Source: an uncultured Chloroflexia bacterium
Lineage (GTDB): Bacteria > Chloroflexota > UBA6077 > JACCZL01
Length of the DNA: 64,000 nucleotides
Assembly: GCA_963765765.1 (NCBI GenBank)
Contig: CAVXYC010000026.1
Coordinates: 28,030 to 92,029, forward strand
Direction: 5' to 3'
A program made the position numbers and the translations under genes. The stretch's first letter is position 1, and every line of letters starts with the position of its first letter. The notes under the pieces are model-generated. The model made no database searches and was not told where the DNA came from. It saw nothing but the letters and a program-made list of their open reading frames with translations. Below, one piece after another: positions 41,065 through 50,624 of this stretch.

Positions 41065-41730
41065 ATGACAGACTCACACGCGGAATTTCGAAAGCAGATC
41101 GTCGACGCCAGTAACAACCTCATGAATACAGGCGTACTGTCGTTCAGTGGTCACGGAAACGCGAGCGTCCGCATTCCCGGAACAGACACGATGCTGCTGA
41201 CCGGCGTGAGCACGCTCATGAACACACGGCCTGAAACGCTGGCGGTTGTGGACTTCGAAGGAAACGCGGTTGAGGGCGAGGTTGCGTCCACCTCGCGTGA
41301 GATCATTCAGATGCATGCCTGCGTCTACCGAGAGCGTGATGATGTGCAATCGGTCATCCACACGCACTCCACCAACGCCACGGCTTTCGCGCTCGCGCAC
41401 GAGCCCATCCCGTGTCGGTACGAGGCGCTGCTGCGTATGGGTTTGGACCAGGATATTCCCGTGGCGCCGTGGGGACCTCGGGGCTCAGACGCATCGGTGC
41501 GCTACATCGTGGAAGCGGTGAACAACAATCCCGGAACAATGGCTGTGTTGCTCGCAAATCATGGCGTTCTGGCGTTCGGCTCCGATGCTCCTGCCGCGGC
41601 TCGCGGGATCATTGCTATGGAAGAGGCGGCGGCAATGACATTGGCCGCGAAGCAGCTTGGCGGCGCCAAGCCCTTCCCTGCCGACGCGATGAAGCAGATT
41701 CAGGAGCGGCTCAAAGCATTCGCGCGCTAG
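41065..41730 (+). CDS. Class II aldolase/adducin family protein
   Basis: GHGNASVR, MHACVY, IHTHS, LLANHGVL. Confidence 0.92.
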   Translation: MTDSHAEFRKQIVDASNNLMNTGVLSFSGHGNASVRIPGTDTMLLTGVSTLMNTRPETLAVVDFEGNAVEGEVASTSREIIQMHACVYRERDDVQSVIHTHSTNATAFALAHEPIPCRYEALLRMGLDQDIPVAPWGPRGSDASVRYIVEAVNNNPGTMAVLLANHGVLAFGSDAPAAARGIIAMEEAAAMTLAAKQLGGAKPFPADAMKQIQERLKAFAR

Positions 41731-41746
41731 CTGGCGACGACCGAGC

Positions 41747-41801
41747 AGAAACGACCCCGCTGGCTGTCCTCGCCCTCGGGGCGGCTAGCGGGGTCGTTTC
41801 T
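41747..41801. terminator. Bidirectional terminator-like hairpin
   Basis: AGAAACGACCCCGCTGGCTGTCC / GGGCGGCTAGCGGGGTCGTTTCT between convergent genes. Confidence 0.7.
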
Positions 41802-41820
41802 ATGGGGCTCTGATGTTCAC

Positions 41821-42490
41821 TCACCGCTGAAAGAATGGGTTCGTCGCCTTCTCCTGTCCGATGGTCGTCTCTTGCATATGACCGGGTAGGACGGTCGTCT
41901 CCTCGGGTAATGACGCGAGGGTCGTATTCAGGGAGCGGATGATTGTGTCGTAATCGCCGCCCTGCAAGTCAGTACGACCGATTGTCCCTCGGAAGAGAGT
42001 GTCGCCACTAAAGAGCAGGTTCGCGCCCTGGGCATAGAGCGAAACGCTTCCAGGAGTGTGGCCAGGGGTATGGAGCGCGTGCAGCTTCATGCCCGCGATC
42101 TCGATGTCCTCGCCGCCGTGAAGCCAGAAATCGGGGGCAGGCGGTGAGCTTACTTCTCGATTCAGCAGGCGTTGAGCCGAGTCGGGCACGTTCGCCAGGA
42201 TGTCAGCGTCATCGCCATGCAGGAAAAACGGTGCGCCCGTCGCATCCTTCATTGCTTGTGCTGCTAACAGATGATCAAGGTGAGCGTGCGTGGAAACGAT
42301 CTTCGTGATGCGCACGCCTAGATCACGCGCCAACGCGAGGATGTCTTCCGGCTCGATCACCAGGATCCAGCACAGCGGCCTCACCGCGCTGTCGTGATCC
42401 GACGATGTAGCAGTTCGTTCCGAATAGGCCGACGACAACCCCACGGACCATCAGCTCGTTGAGTGGCTGCGGCGCTACTTCATCGCACAT
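41821..42490 (-). CDS. MBL-fold metallo-hydrolase (glyoxalase II/YcbL-like; frameshift near 42355)
   Basis: GLFGTNCYIV...LDPGD in one frame; THAHLDH, TPGHTPGS, FSGDTLF, PGH in ORF 41821..42444. Confidence 0.9.
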
Positions 42491-42644
42491 CGATTGGCCC
42501 CAATCTGCTTATCCGAACGCAATTCAGCTATCACATCATATGCCGACCGTTTCGCGATGAGGCCGGATTGGCCTCGTCATCCATTGACGCATGAATCACC
42601 ACTCAGTACGCTCGTCTCAAATTCCCGCAAGTGGAGGCCTGACG

Positions 42645-43216
42645 ATGGCGGAGCGCGGAGCCCCAAAGAAACCGGTCGTCATATTGCTCGATATGGCCAA
42701 GGGCTATGGCTGGAAACCAGGTGGTTTTGGCTATGACATGGTTGCGCGGGTGCGACGTCTCAAAGACGCCGCGTACGCCGCGGGCGTGCAAGTCATTCAC
42801 GTGAACAGCATGCGTCGACCGACGGATGATCTGCCGATCCACCGGTCATGGTGCTGGGCACCGAGGCGCTCGATGTCATCGATGAGCTCCAACCGATTGA
42901 CCGGGATCTCCTCATCTATAAGCGCTATCTGAGCGGCTTCTCCTTCAACGACCTTGACTACACGCTACGCACCATGGGCTGCGACATGGTGATCATTGGC
43001 GGGGCATCCACAGACAACACCGTGCTCTGGACCTCCGCTGATGCGCATCAGTTCCACTACCGGGTTGTCATTGCTGAAGATTGCACCATGGTTCACCGAG
43101 AAAAGGAGCCGCCGGGGGCGCAGGAGGGTGCGATCCGGATCATCCGAAGTGTTCTGAAGGGCGAGATCCTTTCTTCGGACGAGGTGATTGAGAAGTATCT
43201 TCCGGCGAGGAGATAG
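42645..43216 (+). CDS. Isochorismatase/cysteine hydrolase family protein (frameshift near 42845)
   Basis: GGAGG RBS; VILLDM, IYKRYLSGF, GASTDNTV, IAEDCT. Confidence 0.85.
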
Positions 43217-43262
43217 CGTCGCGCCGCTGAGATGCTTGTGTACGAGCGACTCCATGATTCGC

Positions 43263-43342
43263 TTTGGAGTGCGTGTGGCCGCGACACCGCTCTGGATTCC
43301 GCAATTGTTGTCAGCCGGGATCGCGGCCACACGCACTCCAAA
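43263..43342. repeat. REP-like inverted repeat (same family as 28306-28405)
   Basis: 22-bp perfect arms TTTGGAGTGCGTGTGGCCGCGA / TCGCGGCCACACGCACTCCAAA. Confidence 0.8.
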
Positions 43343-43448
43343 AGTCGCTCTCCGCGCTAACAAGGGCGAGGGAGCCGCACTTAGGGGGCCAGTCTGGATG
43401 CTTCCTGTAGACTCGCCATGAACGACCATGTATCCACGGAGGTAGCCG

Positions 43449-44858
43449 GTGCCTTCAGACTCGACTGATGTCGTTGGTCCAATATCGGAATTTGCCGCGG
43501 GGCTCACATTCGACCGTCTACCATCGTCGGTCGTCACGACGGTCAAACGCATCCTTCTGGACACGCTTGGCACCACCCTGGCTGCGAATACGCTTGGCGT
43601 AGGCTGCAAGGAGCTTGTCCAGGTAGCTCAGCGATGCGGCGGCTCAGAAGACGCAACCCTGCTGGGCATTGGGTCAAAAGTGCCGGCCCCGATGGCTGCG
43701 CTGACCAATGGCGGGCTCGCGCATGCGTTGAATTTCGATGACGTCGCGGGTCCACGTGGCAGCGGCCACATGGGTGTGACCAGCATCCCCGCCGCACTGG
43801 CCGCGGCCGAGTATCGCGGCGGCGTGAGCGGCCGGGATTTTTTGACCGCAATCGCGGCAGGCAACGAGCTCATGGCCCGACTGGGACTGTCGATCTCACT
43901 CGCGGAAGAGGGATACAGCGAGTCCAAGCCGCAGCCAACACAAATGCCCGGTTGTTTCAGCGCCGCCTTGAGCGCCGCACGCGTCCTGGGCTTCTCTGCC
44001 CACGCCACGCACAGCACGCTCGGCCATGCGCTTATGCAGGCCTCCGGCGGCCGTCAACCGGTGCTGGAGGGGCGCCCCGCCAAGGCGATTTATGCCGCCT
44101 ACTCCAATCAGGTGGGCATGTTGAGCGCGATGCTGGTGGAGGCGGGTCTGGACTGCGATTGCGACGTGTTCGAGGGGGAAGCTGGACTCTTCAAGACCTA
44201 CTACCACGGTCGCTACGACCGCGGCGCCATGGCGGATGGTCTCGGTACCGAATGGCAGATGCTAGACGTCGGCTTCAAGCTATGGCCGAACACAAATGTC
44301 GCGGCCCCGTTCATCGACGCGGCACGCCAGCTTCGTGAAGAGCTCAACCTGAATCCCGATGATGTGAGCGATGTTCACATCATCGGGAATGCCCATGCGC
44401 GCACGTTCTGCGAGCCTGAGGCCAAGCGCAAGAATCCTCAGTCACCCGTGGAGGGTGAGGACAGCATCTACTTCACGACGGCGAAATCGCTGGTCAATGG
44501 GACGGTCACGCTGGCCGACTTGCAGCCGACCGACAGCGGGCTGCGCCAGCCGGAAGTGCTGGCACTGACCGCCAAGATGCATTTGACAGTGAGGGAGGAT
44601 GTGGGGCGAAGTGGCATCGTGGAGCTAAGTTTGATAGACGGGCGCTCTGCCTCGAAGCGCGTCGACACGCCATTGGGTCACCCTTCCAACCCAATGCCGC
44701 GCGAGATGCTGGAAGCGAAATTTTTCGACTGCGCGCAGCATGCCAGCCTATCCTTGCCGCGCGAGAACCTGGAGCGGGTCGCGCACATCGTCGACACGAT
44801 CGAGCAGGTTGACGACATCGCGATCATTCCGCGTCTTCTGGCGGGATTTGCAGAATGA
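43449..44858 (+). CDS. MmgE/PrpD family protein
   Basis: LDTLG, NGGLAHALNFDD, FEGEAG, FKLWP, PLGHPSNP. Confidence 0.92.
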   Translation: MPSDSTDVVGPISEFAAGLTFDRLPSSVVTTVKRILLDTLGTTLAANTLGVGCKELVQVAQRCGGSEDATLLGIGSKVPAPMAALTNGGLAHALNFDDVAGPRGSGHMGVTSIPAALAAAEYRGGVSGRDFLTAIAAGNELMARLGLSISLAEEGYSESKPQPTQMPGCFSAALSAARVLGFSAHATHSTLGHALMQASGGRQPVLEGRPAKAIYAAYSNQVGMLSAMLVEAGLDCDCDVFEGEAGLFKTYYHGRYDRGAMADGLGTEWQMLDVGFKLWPNTNVAAPFIDAARQLREELNLNPDDVSDVHIIGNAHARTFCEPEAKRKNPQSPVEGEDSIYFTTAKSLVNGTVTLADLQPTDSGLRQPEVLALTAKMHLTVREDVGRSGIVELSLIDGRSASKRVDTPLGHPSNPMPREMLEAKFFDCAQHASLSLPRENLERVAHIVDTIEQVDDIAIIPRLLAGFAE

Positions 44859-44969
44859 TTACCAGCCGCCGCTCACTTGGACATTGACGCCCTTGCCATG
44901 TACAAGTGAGATAGCTATTACATAAGTACGAAACGGCCGATCATACGATCTCAATGAGGAGAGAGCAGC

Positions 44970-46238
44970 ATGCTTTCACGTGAGGACAACGAGCTAGTCA
45001 CGCGCACCGGTCCAGGCACGCCGCTCGGCGATGCGATGCGTCGCTACTGGATGCCGGCGCTCATGTCATCAGAGCTGCCCGAGGCAGACTGCCCGCCGGT
45101 TCGCGTCGGCTTGTTGGGCGAGAAGCTCATCGCATTCCGCGACTCGAGCGGCGAGGTCGGTCTCGTTGCTGAGAACTGCCCTCACCGTGGCGCCTCGCTC
45201 TTCTTCGGCCGCAATGAAGAAGAGGGCTTGCGTTGCGTGTATCACGGCTGGAAGTTCGATACATCCGGCGCGTGCGTAGATATGCCCAACGAGCCTCCGG
45301 AGTCGAATTTCAAGCACAAGGTCAAAGTCAACGCGTACCCCTGTGTCGAGATGGGCGGCATCGTCTGGACGTACATGGGACCGCCAGATCGACGACCACC
45401 CGAGCCGGGCTACGAGTGGGTTCGCGCGCCCGAAGGCTGCACCTTCGTCTCCAAGACGTTCGAGGACTGCAACTACCTGCAAGGCGTGGAAGGCGGCGTC
45501 GATTCGTCGCACTCATCGTTCCTGCATCGCGAGTTCGGCAACAACCCATCACTGGGTGCCAACAGCTACCGGGCTCGTGCCGGCGCGCCCAGGCTCGAAG
45601 TGCTGCGCACTGATTACGGCTACAGCTACGCGAGTATTCGGCACATCAAGGACGAAGCGAAGAACTTCGTCCGTGTCTACCAGTTCGTCATGCCGTTCCA
45701 TCAGCAGCGCGCGTTCTTCGGCTACCTCAGCAAACCGGTTATTCAGGGCCACATGTGGGTGCCGATCGACGATTACACGCACTGGGTCTGGAACTGGATG
45801 TACGTGGTGGACGGGACATCGCTGTCGGAAGCGGAGATTGAGCTCGAGGAGCGCATGACCGGTCGACATCCCGATGATCTAATCCCCGGTACGTTCAAGC
45901 TCAAGCGGAATCGCGAAAACGATTACATGATCAGCCGCGAGCGCCAGAAGAGCGTGAACTACACCGGCATCGAGGGCGTGAATACGCAGGATGTGGCGCT
46001 TCAGGAGACTATGGGTCCTATCTACGATCGGACCAAGGAGCACCTGGGTGCGTCTGACCTGGCAGTCATCACGACCCGGAGGCTGCTACTCCAGGCGATC
46101 AAAGAGGTCCAGGATGGCGGCGATCCAATCGGCGCCATGGCCACCAGCAGTCATTCCGTTCGTGCCGGCGAGATGCTCATGCCTGAAGACGCCAACTGGC
46201 AAGAGACCATTAAGGGGGAGCTCGTGGCTAAATGGTAG
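44970..46238 (+). CDS. Rieske non-heme iron oxygenase alpha subunit (phthalate 4,5-dioxygenase/LigX-like)
   Basis: CPHRGASL...CVYHGW Rieske motif; EGGVDSSHSSFLH and QD mononuclear Fe ligands; EHLG.SD. Confidence 0.95.
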   Translation: MLSREDNELVTRTGPGTPLGDAMRRYWMPALMSSELPEADCPPVRVGLLGEKLIAFRDSSGEVGLVAENCPHRGASLFFGRNEEEGLRCVYHGWKFDTSGACVDMPNEPPESNFKHKVKVNAYPCVEMGGIVWTYMGPPDRRPPEPGYEWVRAPEGCTFVSKTFEDCNYLQGVEGGVDSSHSSFLHREFGNNPSLGANSYRARAGAPRLEVLRTDYGYSYASIRHIKDEAKNFVRVYQFVMPFHQQRAFFGYLSKPVIQGHMWVPIDDYTHWVWNWMYVVDGTSLSEAEIELEERMTGRHPDDLIPGTFKLKRNRENDYMISRERQKSVNYTGIEGVNTQDVALQETMGPIYDRTKEHLGASDLAVITTRRLLLQAIKEVQDGGDPIGAMATSSHSVRAGEMLMPEDANWQETIKGELVAKW

Positions 46239-46278
46239 GACCGTATCTTGCCCTGCATGACGTGAAGGGAGTCCGACG

Positions 46279-47559
46279 ATGCTTTCAAAGCAGATGAACG
46301 AACGGATCACCCAAACCGGCTCGGGAACCCCGCTGGGTGAGGCGTTCCGACGTTACTGGATGCCGGCATTACTTTCGGAAGAAGTTCCAGTGCCGGACTG
46401 TCCGCCAGTGCGAATTGGCCTTCTGGGCGAAAAGCTGGTGGCGTTCCGAGATTCAGACGGCAAGGTAGCGCTGGTCGCGGAGAATTGTCCCCATCGTGGG
46501 GCATCGCTATTTTTCGGACGCAATGAAGAGGCTGGAATCCGTTGCGTCTACCACGGCTGGAAATTCGATACATCCGGCGCGTGCGTGGACATGCCCAACG
46601 AGCCGCCGGAGAGCAACTTCAAACACAAGGTTAAGGTCACAGCGTACCCGTGCGTAGAGCGTGGTGGCGTGATCTGGGCGTATATGGGCCCGGCCGACAA
46701 GCGCCCGCCCGACCCGGACTATGAGTGGGCTCGACTCCCAGCGGGTCGCACCTTCTGCTCAAAGACATACCAGGAGTGCAACTACCTTCAGTCGATGGAA
46801 GGCGGTATCGACTCCTCACACTCGTCGTTCCTGCACCGGATGTTCAAGACGGAGTCCGCGAATAGCGCGGCCACGTTTGGGACGACTGGTTATCGCGCCC
46901 GTTCCACGGCTCCGCGATTGGTGGTGTTGAAGACCGATTTCGGCTTCACATATGCGAGCATTCGCAACGTGGCGGATGAAGGGAAGAACTTCGTCCGCGC
47001 GTACCAGTGGGTCATGCCATTCCAGCAGATGCGGGCCTACGCCGGGTTTTCAGGTGTCCCATCCGTGCACGGCCACATGTGGGTGCCCATCGATGATGAG
47101 CATTGCTGGGTCTACAACTGGATGTATCACATCGATGGCTCCGAGATGTCCGAAGAGGAAATCTATGAAGAAGAGAAATTCTTCGGACGTGCCCACGACG
47201 ATCTGATTCCTGGCACTTACATACCAATCGCGAACAAGTCGAACGACTACTTGATCGATCGAGAGCGCCAGAAAACGGTCAACTACACCGGCATCAATGG
47301 CGTCAATACGCAGGATATGGCCGTACAGGAAGGCATGGGGACGATTTACGATCGGACTAAGGAGCATCTCGGTTCCGCCGACCTGGCGATCATCACCGCC
47401 CGACGCATGCTTCTGGACGCCGCGAAAGACGTGGAAGACGGCAAGGACCCCGTGGGCACCGGTGATGCCGGCTATAGCGTTCGCGCCGCCGAGATGCTCA
47501 TGCCCGAGGACATCAACTGGCACGAGGCGATGCAGGGAGAACTGATCGCGAAGCTTTAG
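46279..47559 (+). CDS. Rieske non-heme iron oxygenase alpha subunit, tandem paralog
   Basis: Same motifs; long identical stretches with the upstream copy, e.g. CVYHGWKFDTSGACVDMPNEPPESNFKHKVKV. Confidence 0.95.
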   Translation: MLSKQMNERITQTGSGTPLGEAFRRYWMPALLSEEVPVPDCPPVRIGLLGEKLVAFRDSDGKVALVAENCPHRGASLFFGRNEEAGIRCVYHGWKFDTSGACVDMPNEPPESNFKHKVKVTAYPCVERGGVIWAYMGPADKRPPDPDYEWARLPAGRTFCSKTYQECNYLQSMEGGIDSSHSSFLHRMFKTESANSAATFGTTGYRARSTAPRLVVLKTDFGFTYASIRNVADEGKNFVRAYQWVMPFQQMRAYAGFSGVPSVHGHMWVPIDDEHCWVYNWMYHIDGSEMSEEEIYEEEKFFGRAHDDLIPGTYIPIANKSNDYLIDRERQKTVNYTGINGVNTQDMAVQEGMGTIYDRTKEHLGSADLAIITARRMLLDAAKDVEDGKDPVGTGDAGYSVRAAEMLMPEDINWHEAMQGELIAKL

Positions 47560-47591
47560 CTGAAGCGTCTACTCTCCAAGCTTTCCCCGGA

Positions 47592-47647
47592 GAAGAACCC
47601 TACCCCAGCCCTCCCCGCGCGCGGGGAGGGCTGGGGTAGGGTTCTTC
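47592..47647. repeat. 56-bp perfect palindrome (REP-like)
   Basis: GAAGAACCCTACCCCAGCCCTCCCCGCG followed immediately by its exact reverse complement. Confidence 0.9.
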
Positions 47648-47726
47648 CGTGTTGGCCAACACCGGCCACATCCTGGAACTCAAGCTACAATGTCGCTCGA
47701 CCAATGACAGATAGAGGAGTCTCGAC

Positions 47727-49379
47727 ATGGCGCTGCTGAGCGGGAAGCGGGCGATGATGGAACAGCTCCTGGCGGACGGCACCCGGTACATCTTTGGTAA
47801 CCCGGGCACCACCGAGCAGGCTTTTATGGACATGCTGCAGGAGTACCCGGGACTCGAGTTCATCATGTGCCTGCATGAGGGCGTGGCGGTGAGCATGGCC
47901 GACGCTTATGCTCGTGCGACTCGCAAGCCGGCTCTGGTGGAGCTTCACATTGCACCTGGCCTGGGCAACGGCATCGGTATGCTGCACAACGCCATGATCG
48001 GGAAATCTCCCGTTGTGGTCTATGTAGGTCAGGGTGACAGTAGGGCGATGTTCCAGCAGCCGCATCTCACCGGCGATCTCGTGAGCATGGCGCGACCAGT
48101 GACCAAGTGGGCGTACGAGGTTAATCACGCCGCCGATCTCCCGCAAGCGCTGCGGCGTGCCTACAAAGTCGCGAACGAGCCGCCTCAGGGGCCGGTTGTC
48201 CTCTCCATTCCTGTGGATGCGATGGATCAGGAAGCCGAGGTGCGCATTGAGCCGACGCAGCACACCCGCTGGCGAGTCGGCGCCGACCCGGAAGGCATTG
48301 CCGACGCCGCCGAGATTCTCTCCAAATCAAAGAAGCCGATGCTCCTTGTAGGCGATCAGGTGTCACTTTCTGGGGCGCAGGAGCTGGTGGGTGAGCTGGC
48401 AGAGCTCATCGGAGCACCAATCTACCAGAGCTATTCAACAGAAGTGAATGTGCCGCCAGGCCATCGACTCAGCAGCTCCTCGCTGCCGTTCATCGGCTCC
48501 GATGCAATACGCGATGTCGTTGCTCAGTACGATACGCTCTTCGCGGTGGGCATACCGCTATTCCGCGTTGTATTCCCGGACCCGGGCGAATACGTTCCGC
48601 AGTCGCTCAAGGTGATCCAGGTTGATCTAGATTCGTGGGAACTGGGGAAAAACCTGAGTAACGTGCTTTCGATCAAAGCCGACCCGTCCGCTGCGCTGAC
48701 GGCGCTCATTCAACAGCTTCAGGGCCGTCGACCTGCCAGTGCGGAAGAGCGAGCCAATGCAATCGCGGCTGAGCGTGAGTCGCGCGTGGCGGCGCAGCGT
48801 GAAGCCGATCGCAAGGGCTGGGATGACGTGCCGATAGCGGTGCCGCGTCTGATGTCAGAGCTTACGAGCATGCTTCCTGAGGACATCGCGGTGTTTGACG
48901 AGTCGGTCACGTCGGAGCCCGTGCTGGCGCGGTATCTCAAGGTGAAGAAGGACAACTACTTCCGCGCGCGCTCCGGCGGCCTTGGCCCGGGAATGCCTGG
49001 CGCCGTTGGCCTCAAGCTGGCTCGGCCGAACCAACCCGTGGTCGGTATTGTTGCCGATGGCTCGGCCATGTACTCCATCACGGCTCTCTGGACGGCGGCG
49101 CATCACAAGGTGCCCGTCACGTGGGTGATCTGCAACAACGCCAGCTACCGGATCCTCAAGCTCAACCTGATGGAATACCTCGGCCCCGAGAACGACCGAA
49201 TGTTCATGCACACCGACATCGTGGACCCGGCCATTCGCTACGATCGCTTGGCCGAGTCACTCGGCGTCAAAGGCTGGCGTGTGGAGAAGCCGGACGAGCT
49301 ACGGCCGGCGCTGGAAGCGGCGCTCTCGTTGGACGCGCCGTCACTTGTGGACGTCTCAATTCAAGGTCGCGTCCGCTAA
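47727..49379 (+). CDS. ThDP-dependent enzyme, benzoylformate decarboxylase-like
   Basis: FGNPGTTE, LHEGVAVSMADAYAR, PGLGN, GGLG, ADGSAMY...CNNASY. Confidence 0.92.
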   Translation: MALLSGKRAMMEQLLADGTRYIFGNPGTTEQAFMDMLQEYPGLEFIMCLHEGVAVSMADAYARATRKPALVELHIAPGLGNGIGMLHNAMIGKSPVVVYVGQGDSRAMFQQPHLTGDLVSMARPVTKWAYEVNHAADLPQALRRAYKVANEPPQGPVVLSIPVDAMDQEAEVRIEPTQHTRWRVGADPEGIADAAEILSKSKKPMLLVGDQVSLSGAQELVGELAELIGAPIYQSYSTEVNVPPGHRLSSSSLPFIGSDAIRDVVAQYDTLFAVGIPLFRVVFPDPGEYVPQSLKVIQVDLDSWELGKNLSNVLSIKADPSAALTALIQQLQGRRPASAEERANAIAAERESRVAAQREADRKGWDDVPIAVPRLMSELTSMLPEDIAVFDESVTSEPVLARYLKVKKDNYFRARSGGLGPGMPGAVGLKLARPNQPVVGIVADGSAMYSITALWTAAHHKVPVTWVICNNASYRILKLNLMEYLGPENDRMFMHTDIVDPAIRYDRLAESLGVKGWRVEKPDELRPALEAALSLDAPSLVDVSIQGRVR

Positions 49380-49380
49380 A

Positions 49381-49480
49381 AACGTAGGGGCGTCCCTTTA
49401 CGGGCGCCACCTGGACATCAATTGAAGCAATCTCGCGTAAGGATTTCGAAGTGGCGCCCGTAAAAGGACGCCCCTACGTT
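49381..49480. repeat. Inverted pair of GTAG-type REP elements
   Basis: 30-bp arms AACGTAGGGGCGTCCCTTTACGGGCGCCAC / GTGGCGCCCGTAAAAGGACGCCCCTACGTT (one mismatch) between convergent genes. Confidence 0.85.
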
Positions 49481-49489
49481 GGAGACTCG

Positions 49490-50515
49490 CTAGAAGCCGT
49501 ACAGCGCTCTGGCATTGTCATCCAGGATCTTGTTGACGACGCGCTCTTCCACTTCACCGCTCTCTTTGAGATGCTTGAGCGCCTCGAGCTCCGTGGACGT
49601 ATCGTTGTGCCCGTAGTCTGAGCCGATAATCAGATTGTCTTCGCCCGCGTACTTCAAAACGTAGGGCAGGTCATCGTCCGTCTGGCAGGCGACCCAGAGA
49701 TTGTTCTCTTTGAGCACGTTGTCCGTGAGCGTGCGGCCCTTGACCTCGAGTCGCTTGCGCAGGTCGTGGATGACGTAAGGGATCCACTGCGAGCTGACCT
49801 CGATGAAGCCCGCGCGGAGGCGGGGGAACTTGCCCGACAAATTGCCCATGACCATGTTGTGAAAGCATCCGACAACCGTGAGCTTGAATCGGCTGAAGCC
49901 TGCTTCGTCGCCCCACCACTCGTACATGTCCAGTGTGGACCCAGATGAATGGATGCCAAGCGGGATATCGAGCTCACAGGCCTCCTCGTAGATCGGATAG
50001 AAGTAGGGATCAGTCATGCGCCGATCCGCTTCGATCCCCCGGGCGAACAGTGCACAGGCGCCATTGTCTCGAGCCCAGCGCATCTCTTTGATGGCTTCGT
50101 CTGGAGACAGGTACGGGATCATCGCGGCCCAGCGAAGTCGCCCTTTAGAGTGTGACCAGATATCTGCCATCCAGCGGTTGTAACTACGATGCATCGCAAG
50201 CTCGGCGGCGGGCTTGTCAGTAAGCGGGCGTAGAAAGATCGACGGGTAAAGAACGTGCATGTCCACGCCAAGCTGGTCCATGTGCTCCAGTCGCGCATCC
50301 ACGTCGCTCATCTCTCGCGTGCCGGTCGTCGTGTCGTGGCCGATGTTCCGCCGGCGGGGATGCAAGCGTCCATCGATCAGCCAGAAGTCTTCGAACGAGC
50401 CGTCAGGCTTCTTCACCTCGACGTTGACGGGCATGTACTGCTTCGCATCGCCATTGGCGTATTCCCATGTGCGCTCTGTCTCTACGACGTGCGCATCAGC
50501 GTCGATGGTGCCCAT
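49490..50515 (-). CDS. Amidohydrolase_2 family protein (LigW/LigJ/ACMSD-like superfamily)
   Basis: IDADAH, VLYPS, YNRWMAD, GIH, GSDYGHND. Confidence 0.92.
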   Translation of the reverse strand: MGTIDADAHVVETERTWEYANGDAKQYMPVNVEVKKPDGSFEDFWLIDGRLHPRRRNIGHDTTTGTREMSDVDARLEHMDQLGVDMHVLYPSIFLRPLTDKPAAELAMHRSYNRWMADIWSHSKGRLRWAAMIPYLSPDEAIKEMRWARDNGACALFARGIEADRRMTDPYFYPIYEEACELDIPLGIHSSGSTLDMYEWWGDEAGFSRFKLTVVGCFHNMVMGNLSGKFPRLRAGFIEVSSQWIPYVIHDLRKRLEVKGRTLTDNVLKENNLWVACQTDDDLPYVLKYAGEDNLIIGSDYGHNDTSTELEALKHLKESGEVEERVVNKILDDNARALYGF

Positions 50516-50528
50516 GTCTTGTCTCCTT

Positions 50529-50620
50529 AGTGATTAGTTAAGAGTGAAGAGTTAAGGCGAACTCGCGGTCACCCCACCTTTGACTGTTCACTCCCTACTC
50601 TTAATTCTCAACTCTTCACT
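50529..50620. repeat. Degenerate heptamer arrays in inverted orientation
   Basis: AGTGATT-AGTTAAG-AGTGAAG-AGTTAAG facing ...TCTTAAT-TCTCAAC-TCTTCAC. Confidence 0.6.
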
Positions 50621-50624
50621 GGTC

